Positions 57,641-62,256 of a stretch of DNA of 62,256 bases are shown one piece after another. Within the stretch, counting starts at the first letter, position 1. Each line of letters begins with the position of its first letter. The DNA is taken from contig CAZGDA010000002.1 of NCBI GenBank assembly GCA_964524425.1, positions 1 to 62,256 on the forward strand, written 5' to 3'. The DNA comes from an uncultured Anaerolineaceae bacterium. Lineage in GTDB: Bacteria; Chloroflexota; Anaerolineae; Anaerolineales; DRKV01. The notes under the pieces are model-generated. The model worked only from the letters and a program-made list of their open reading frames with translations. It made no database searches and had not been told where the DNA came from. Position numbers and translations under genes: made by a program.

Positions 57641-58120
57641 ATGCTGCGCCCTGCCGATGCCATTCGCCTTGATTTGCACGCCCACACCGCCAGCGAAGCC
57701 CTGGAAGCCTTCCGCGAGGCGTACAACCGTCAAGTTAATCTGCGTTCCTCCCGCCCCTTGGAAATCGTTCACGGTTACGGCTCCTCAGGAGAGGGTGGCA
57801 TCATCCGCAGCCGTCTGCGCGCCTTCCTGCAATCTCACAGCCAGCGGCTCGTTTTCCGCCCCGGGGAATTAATTGACGGGACTCCTGGCTACACACTGGT
57901 TTACCCTAAGGCGCCCCTCCCCTCCCAGGCAGAAAACCTCAACGATGAAATAGAAGCGTTTTGTGCCACCCCGCGCAGCGAAGAGAAGATCGCCGGGAAA
58001 TTCCGCCGCTACGGAGACGTAGCCATCCGCACCGCGCTCAGGGAGCTGGAAAGACAGGATCGCATCACTTCTGTTTACAAGGGTAAGTTTAAACATTACG
58101 TCAGCGTAAGCGTAAAGTAA
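57641..58120 (+). CDS. Smr (small MutS-related) domain protein
   Basis: 'LDLHAHTASEALEAFREAY....RPLEIVHGYGSSGEGGIIRSRLRAFL' matches the Smr nuclease domain pattern. Confidence 0.8.
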   Translation: MLRPADAIRLDLHAHTASEALEAFREAYNRQVNLRSSRPLEIVHGYGSSGEGGIIRSRLRAFLQSHSQRLVFRPGELIDGTPGYTLVYPKAPLPSQAENLNDEIEAFCATPRSEEKIAGKFRRYGDVAIRTALRELERQDRITSVYKGKFKHYVSVSVK

Positions 58121-58230
58121 TCCAAAATATCTTCTCTCCTAATAAAGACGATAAAATCTTCGCGGCTTCTCTATTTCAAAACCACTTCAATTCGTGCTAT
58201 AATCAGTGGTAATTATTTCAAAGGAAACCT

Positions 58231-59157
58231 ATGAATTTTCTCATCACTGGCGCAGCCGGGTTTCTCGGCTCTACACTAGCAAATTATCTAGCCCGCCAGG
58301 GGCATAACGTGCGTGGGTTGGACGATCTCTCCACCGGCGACCCAGCCGCCCTGCTCCCCGACGTCTTGTTCACACGCGGGGACGTAAAAGACCGCCCGAA
58401 ATTGTGGACGCTCCTGCAACAGGTGGATTGTGTCTATCATCTGGCTGCGCGCGTGTTGGTGCCCGAATCCGTGCTCTATCCCAGCGCCTATAACGACGTA
58501 AACGTCGGTGGAACGGTGAGCTTAATGGAAGCCATGCGCGACGTCGGTGTGCGCCGCGTTGTCTTCATTTCCTCTGGCGCAGTCTACGGCGAACAAGACA
58601 TTCAACCCCTCAAAGAAAGTGTTGTTCTACGTCCGGCTTCTCCTTACGCCGTCTCTAAGCTCGCCGCCGAATATTACGTGCGCACCATTGGCACGCTGTG
58701 GGGCATCGAAACCGTCAGCCTGCGCGTGTTCAACGCCTACGGTCCCGGGCAGCACCTTCCCGCTTCCCATCCTCCCGTCATCCCCTATTTCCTGCGCCAG
58801 GCTGTAAAAAGCGGCACCATCACCATGCACGGCAACGGAAAACAAACCCGCGATTACGTGTACGTGGACGATGTGGTCAACGCTATGGTGGCTGCCGCTA
58901 CCGCCCCAAACATAGACAAACTGGTCATCAACGTTGGCAGCGGCAAGGGCACCAGCGTGCGTGAAATTGTGCGCATGGTCATGGACGTAACCGGAAAAGA
59001 ACTCAACGTCCTGGAGAATCCGCTCAACAACCCCGGAGTCTCCCTCATGCAAGCGGACTTGAGCCTGGCGCGCGAAAAATTAGGCTACCGCCCGCGCGTT
59101 TCCCTCAGCGAGGGGCTGCGCCTGACTTTGGAACGCGACCCGCGTTTCCAGTCCTGA
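58231..59157 (+). CDS. NAD-dependent epimerase/dehydratase (UDP-sugar 4-epimerase-like SDR)
   Basis: 'FLITGAAGFLGSTLANYL' and the 'YAVSKLAAE' catalytic YxxxK. Confidence 0.85.
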   Translation: MNFLITGAAGFLGSTLANYLARQGHNVRGLDDLSTGDPAALLPDVLFTRGDVKDRPKLWTLLQQVDCVYHLAARVLVPESVLYPSAYNDVNVGGTVSLMEAMRDVGVRRVVFISSGAVYGEQDIQPLKESVVLRPASPYAVSKLAAEYYVRTIGTLWGIETVSLRVFNAYGPGQHLPASHPPVIPYFLRQAVKSGTITMHGNGKQTRDYVYVDDVVNAMVAAATAPNIDKLVINVGSGKGTSVREIVRMVMDVTGKELNVLENPLNNPGVSLMQADLSLAREKLGYRPRVSLSEGLRLTLERDPRFQS

Positions 59158-59172
59158 CTTTTAATCCACATT

Positions 59173-59763
59173 ATGGTAACGACACCTCAAACCCAACGCC
59201 TTACCAGAGACTTCTTCTCTATTCCCACCCTGGAACTCACCCGCCGCATCCTCGGCGCCCGCCTGGTGCACGAGCAAGACGGCAGACGTTTGGCAGGCAT
59301 CATCGTGGAAGCGGAAGCCTACGTCGGGCAAGCAGACCTGGGCTGCCACGCCAGCGCCGGCATGACCCAGCGTAACCGCGTCATGTTCAGCGCCCCGGGG
59401 CACGCTTACGTGTATTTCACCTACGGAATGCACTGGCTCTTGAACGTCGTTGCCGAGCCGCAAGGCACCCCCGCCGCAGTGTTGATTCGCGCCATCCGCC
59501 CCAGCGAAGGCTTGGACGTGATCGCTTCCCGTCGCAACGGAAAACCACCCGCTTCCTGGACCGACGGACCCGCCAAACTCTGCCAGGCTCTGGGAATAGA
59601 CGGGAAGTATAACGGACTGGACCTGTGCGCGCCTGCCTCTCCCCTGTTCTTAGAAGCCGCCCAAACCTTTACAGATGACGCCGTGCATACTTCTGCGCGC
59701 ATCGGTTTGAATCGCGTCCCCGAACCCTGGAAAAGCATTCCGTGGAGGTTTTATGTTTCGTAG
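59173..59763 (+). CDS. mpg: DNA-3-methyladenine glycosylase (Mpg/AAG family)
   Basis: 'GIIVEAEAYVGQADLGCHASAGMTQRNRVMFSAPGHAYVYFTYGMHWLLNVV...AVLIRA'. Confidence 0.88.
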   Translation: MVTTPQTQRLTRDFFSIPTLELTRRILGARLVHEQDGRRLAGIIVEAEAYVGQADLGCHASAGMTQRNRVMFSAPGHAYVYFTYGMHWLLNVVAEPQGTPAAVLIRAIRPSEGLDVIASRRNGKPPASWTDGPAKLCQALGIDGKYNGLDLCAPASPLFLEAAQTFTDDAVHTSARIGLNRVPEPWKSIPWRFYVS

Positions 59764-60202
59764 AAACACCGAACCCAAACCTGTTACCGTGCCCATCCAA
59801 CCCAGCGCCCCCATAGAGCGGGTAACTTCCGTGCTGGGGCAAGGCATCACCTGGCGTGGCAACCTGCACGGTACGGGCGGCGTGCGCATCGAAGGCGCCT
59901 TTGAAGGCGATATCAACCTGCGCGGCTTGCTGGTGGTTGGTGAAACCGGGCGCGTCGTTAGCAAAAACATCCGCTGCAACGTCATTGTCATCGCCGGGGC
60001 AGTGCGCAGTGACATCACCACAGAACGCCTGGAAATCCGCGCCACCGGGCGGGTGTGGGGCAACGTCATCACCACCGCCTTCACCACCGAAGAAGGCGCC
60101 TTCTTGCGCGGTCAAGTGCGCATGGAAGACCAGATCGAACTTGGCAGGCTGCCCGAAATTGAACCCACCCTCTCCGACGGAGAGCTAACCACCCCGCGTT
60201 AA
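59753..60202 (+). CDS. Bactofilin family cytoskeletal protein
   Basis: Beta-helical repeat pattern 'ITWRGNLHGTGGVRIEGAFEGDINLRGLLVVGETGRVVSKNIRCNVIVIAGAVRSDI...'. 11-nt overlap with mpg. Confidence 0.8.
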   Translation: MFRRNTEPKPVTVPIQPSAPIERVTSVLGQGITWRGNLHGTGGVRIEGAFEGDINLRGLLVVGETGRVVSKNIRCNVIVIAGAVRSDITTERLEIRATGRVWGNVITTAFTTEEGAFLRGQVRMEDQIELGRLPEIEPTLSDGELTTPR

Positions 60203-60355
60203 GCCGCGCCGTTTTTTCACCAACATACGATTAGAATTTTAGACAGCTTCGTGTCCTTTGTGTCCGCCGCAGGCAATCTTTCTCCCCGCATCACAGCCTG
60301 CGCCGCTTTAGCGGCAGCCTTCACGGTTGTCCACCCTTCATCACGCCCCCCAACC

Positions 60356-60405
60356 AAAAAAAAACAGCGCACGAACGACGGAGAAAATCCGTCCCTCGAG
60401 CGCTG
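60356..60405 (-). terminator. Rho-independent terminator after the sugar ABC permease operon
   Basis: Minus strand: CAGCGC-...GACGGA-TTTTC-TCCGTC...-GCGCTG followed by T9. Confidence 0.65.
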
Positions 60406-60445
60406 CACAATCTAAAAAATCTACCAGCGCAAGCTTGCGAAAGAC

Positions 60446-61279
60446 CTATCCCTTCAAGGCACCTGCCATCAAGCCGCGCAAGAAATACTGCCCCAGGAAA
60501 ATGTAAATTAGCAGCGTCGGCAGCGCCGCCAGGAAGGCGCCTGCCATTTGCACGTTCCATTGGATGATCTGGCTGCCCGCCAGGTTATTCAACGCAACGG
60601 TGATTGGCCAGGATTGCGGACTGGTCAACACCACAGCAAACAGGAAGTCATTCCACGCCGACGTGAACTGCCAGATCATCACCACCACAAAACTGGGCAG
60701 AGAAAGCGGCAATAAAATGTGGCGGTAAGTTCCCAGCATGCTTGAGCCATCTATGCGCGCTGCCTCCAATAGCTCTTTGGGAATCGTGGCGTAATAGTTA
60801 CGGAAAGTCAACGTGGTGATCGGAATACCATAGATAATGTGCGCCACGATCAAGCCCGGAATACCCCCGTACAGGGAAAATTCACCAATCCGAATGCTGC
60901 GCATAAATTCCACCAGGGGGATGAGAATACTTTGGTATGGAATGAACATACCAAACAGAATGAGTGGAAAGATTACATTCGCCCCGCGGAACTTCCACTT
61001 CGCCAGCACAAACCCGTTAATCGAGCCGATGAAGGACGAAATGATCGTCGCCGGAACGACCATCTTGAAACTATTCCACAAATAAGGCGCCAGCTTTGCA
61101 AAGGCAGCTTTAAAGTTATCGAAGTAGAGTCCGGTGGGCAGATTCCACATCGTACTCAAACTCACCTCGTCAAAACGTTTGAAACCGGTAACCAGCATGA
61201 CGTACATGGGCACCAGGTAGAATATCGCCATCAAAACCAATGGCACGTACAACCAAAAGCGGCGGCGTGTTTGAATCAT
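60446..61279 (-). CDS. Carbohydrate ABC transporter permease (MalG-like)
   Basis: 277 aa, 6 TM, with an EAA-loop region 'EAARIDGSSMLGTYRHILLPLSLP'. Confidence 0.88.
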   Translation of the reverse strand: MIQTRRRFWLYVPLVLMAIFYLVPMYVMLVTGFKRFDEVSLSTMWNLPTGLYFDNFKAAFAKLAPYLWNSFKMVVPATIISSFIGSINGFVLAKWKFRGANVIFPLILFGMFIPYQSILIPLVEFMRSIRIGEFSLYGGIPGLIVAHIIYGIPITTLTFRNYYATIPKELLEAARIDGSSMLGTYRHILLPLSLPSFVVVMIWQFTSAWNDFLFAVVLTSPQSWPITVALNNLAGSQIIQWNVQMAGAFLAALPTLLIYIFLGQYFLRGLMAGALKG

Positions 61280-62175
61280 AATTCAGCCTCCGTGCGCAGA
61301 GTATAGACGAGGTATGGGATGATCAACACAGCCACCCCCAACAACAGCAGAATACCAATGGCAGCCCCGCGTCCATAAAACAGACCGTCGAAAGTAACCT
61401 GCCACATATAAATCGCCGGTACGTCCAGAGGGAGTTGTTTACCTGCCACAGCTACGATCAAATCGAAGACCTTCAGGGATATGTGTCCCAGGATGATCAT
61501 CGCGCTCAGCGTTACCGGGCTTAACAACGGCAAAACGATGTGCCGGTAAATGTCCGTTTCGCTTGCCCCATCCACCATGGCTGCTTCGCGCAGTTCGTGG
61601 GGAATGGAGCGCAATCCAGCCAGGTAAAGAGCCATCGTATATCCAGACATCTGCCAGATGGCGGGAATTGCAATCGCAGCCATTCCCCAAAACGGCGTGG
61701 TATACCATTTATTGATTAAAAAGTCCAAGCCCATCTGGTGAAACAATAGATTAAAACCGCTCAAGCGCTCTCCCATCGCCGGGTTCATCAGCCAGCGCCA
61801 AACCACACCCGTTACAATGAAGGATACTGCCATCGGGAATAAAAACAAACTGCGAAAGAAACTCTCCCCGCGCAGGTTTTGATCGAGAAGAATAGCCAAA
61901 CCCAGTCCCAGGATCAGGCTGCCGCCCACGAACAGTACGGTAAAAATAACCATATTGCGAATGTCAATTTGAAAACGTGGGTCTTTGGTGAGCAGGTTAA
62001 TATAATTATCTAAACCCGCCCAGGTGTAGTCTGGGTTCAACCCCTTCCATTTACTGAACGAAACACGCACAGACCAGAAGATAAAACCATAAATGAAGAT
62101 TGCAACGGCAATGATAGAGGGGGTTACCAGGGCGATGGAAAGGAGTGTCTCTTTATTAAATCCTCGCTTTTGCAT
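61276..62175 (-). CDS. Carbohydrate ABC transporter permease (MalF-like)
   Basis: 299 aa, with EAA loop 'EAAMVDGASETDIYRHIVLPLLSP'. 4-nt overlap with the downstream permease. Confidence 0.88.
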   Translation of the reverse strand: MQKRGFNKETLLSIALVTPSIIAVAIFIYGFIFWSVRVSFSKWKGLNPDYTWAGLDNYINLLTKDPRFQIDIRNMVIFTVLFVGGSLILGLGLAILLDQNLRGESFFRSLFLFPMAVSFIVTGVVWRWLMNPAMGERLSGFNLLFHQMGLDFLINKWYTTPFWGMAAIAIPAIWQMSGYTMALYLAGLRSIPHELREAAMVDGASETDIYRHIVLPLLSPVTLSAMIILGHISLKVFDLIVAVAGKQLPLDVPAIYMWQVTFDGLFYGRGAAIGILLLLGVAVLIIPYLVYTLRTEAEL

Positions 62176-62215
62176 GTGGTCTCCCTAATGTAATTAAAAT
62201 ACGCAGGTAAACTAT

Positions 62216-62242
62216 CGGGCAGGCAGAAAATCTGCCTGCCCG
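62216..62242 (-). promoter_or_regulatory. Intercistronic GC-rich hairpin upstream of the first permease, probably downstream of an off-window binding-protein gene
   Basis: CGGGCAGGCAGA-AAA-TCTGCCTGCCCG perfect 12-bp stem. Confidence 0.5.
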
Positions 62243-62256
62243 AAAACGTCAAACAA

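Overview
This is a 62.3-kb, tightly packed chromosomal segment with about 55 protein-coding genes. GC is moderate, roughly mid-50s percent by eye. It contains no rRNA, no CRISPR array, and no transposase, integrase or phage genes. The gene content (T-box leader, FakA/FakB/PlsY lipid genes, TrpB2, bactofilin, several GGDEF proteins) suggests a Chloroflexota/Anaerolineae-like bacterium, but that is inference only.

Recognisable blocks:
1. glgC, dnaN and a two-ORF PEP/pyruvate-binding ATP-grasp locus.
2. panE-like and plsY.
3. A tryptophan T-box leader in front of a trpB2 gene that is interrupted by one in-frame TGA.
4. A PPTase, a CAX exchanger and a Hanks kinase.
5. The rpe, rpmB, asp23, fakA(yloV), fakB(degV) cluster.
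6. A cobalamin-riboswitch-controlled btuFCD-like ABC operon.
7. A phosphorus-scavenging island: a 2-aminoethylphosphonate operon (phnS, phnT, fused permease, phnW, phnX) divergent from a PhoA-family alkaline phosphatase plus a YibE/F membrane protein.
8. Mixed metabolic and regulatory genes, including an adh plus orphan histidine kinase, and remnants of a DUF4143 ATPase flanking a MarR-GNAT gene.
9. A MocR regulator divergent from a PLP decarboxylase and an alpha/alpha-toroid-like protein.
10. A racemase / YkgJ-like / aminotransferase / C-N hydrolase operon.
11. A solitary 810-aa HerA/YjgR-like P-loop ATPase.
12. The ACT plus PFL(UPF0210) pair, cysK, a truncated tRNA-Cys-like remnant, rsmG, DUF4349, a ClC channel, PilZ, Smr, an epimerase, mpg, bactofilin and two sugar ABC permeases.

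I do not see an unambiguous novel multi-gene system. The best candidates for follow-up are:
- the T-box/trpB2 in-frame stop;
- the large orphan HerA-like ATPase;
- the MocR-decarboxylase-toroid module;
- the split ATPase around MarR-GNAT;
- the tRNA-Cys remnant;
- the split PEP/pyruvate-binding locus.

All family assignments come from motif recognition in the supplied translations. No database search was run.
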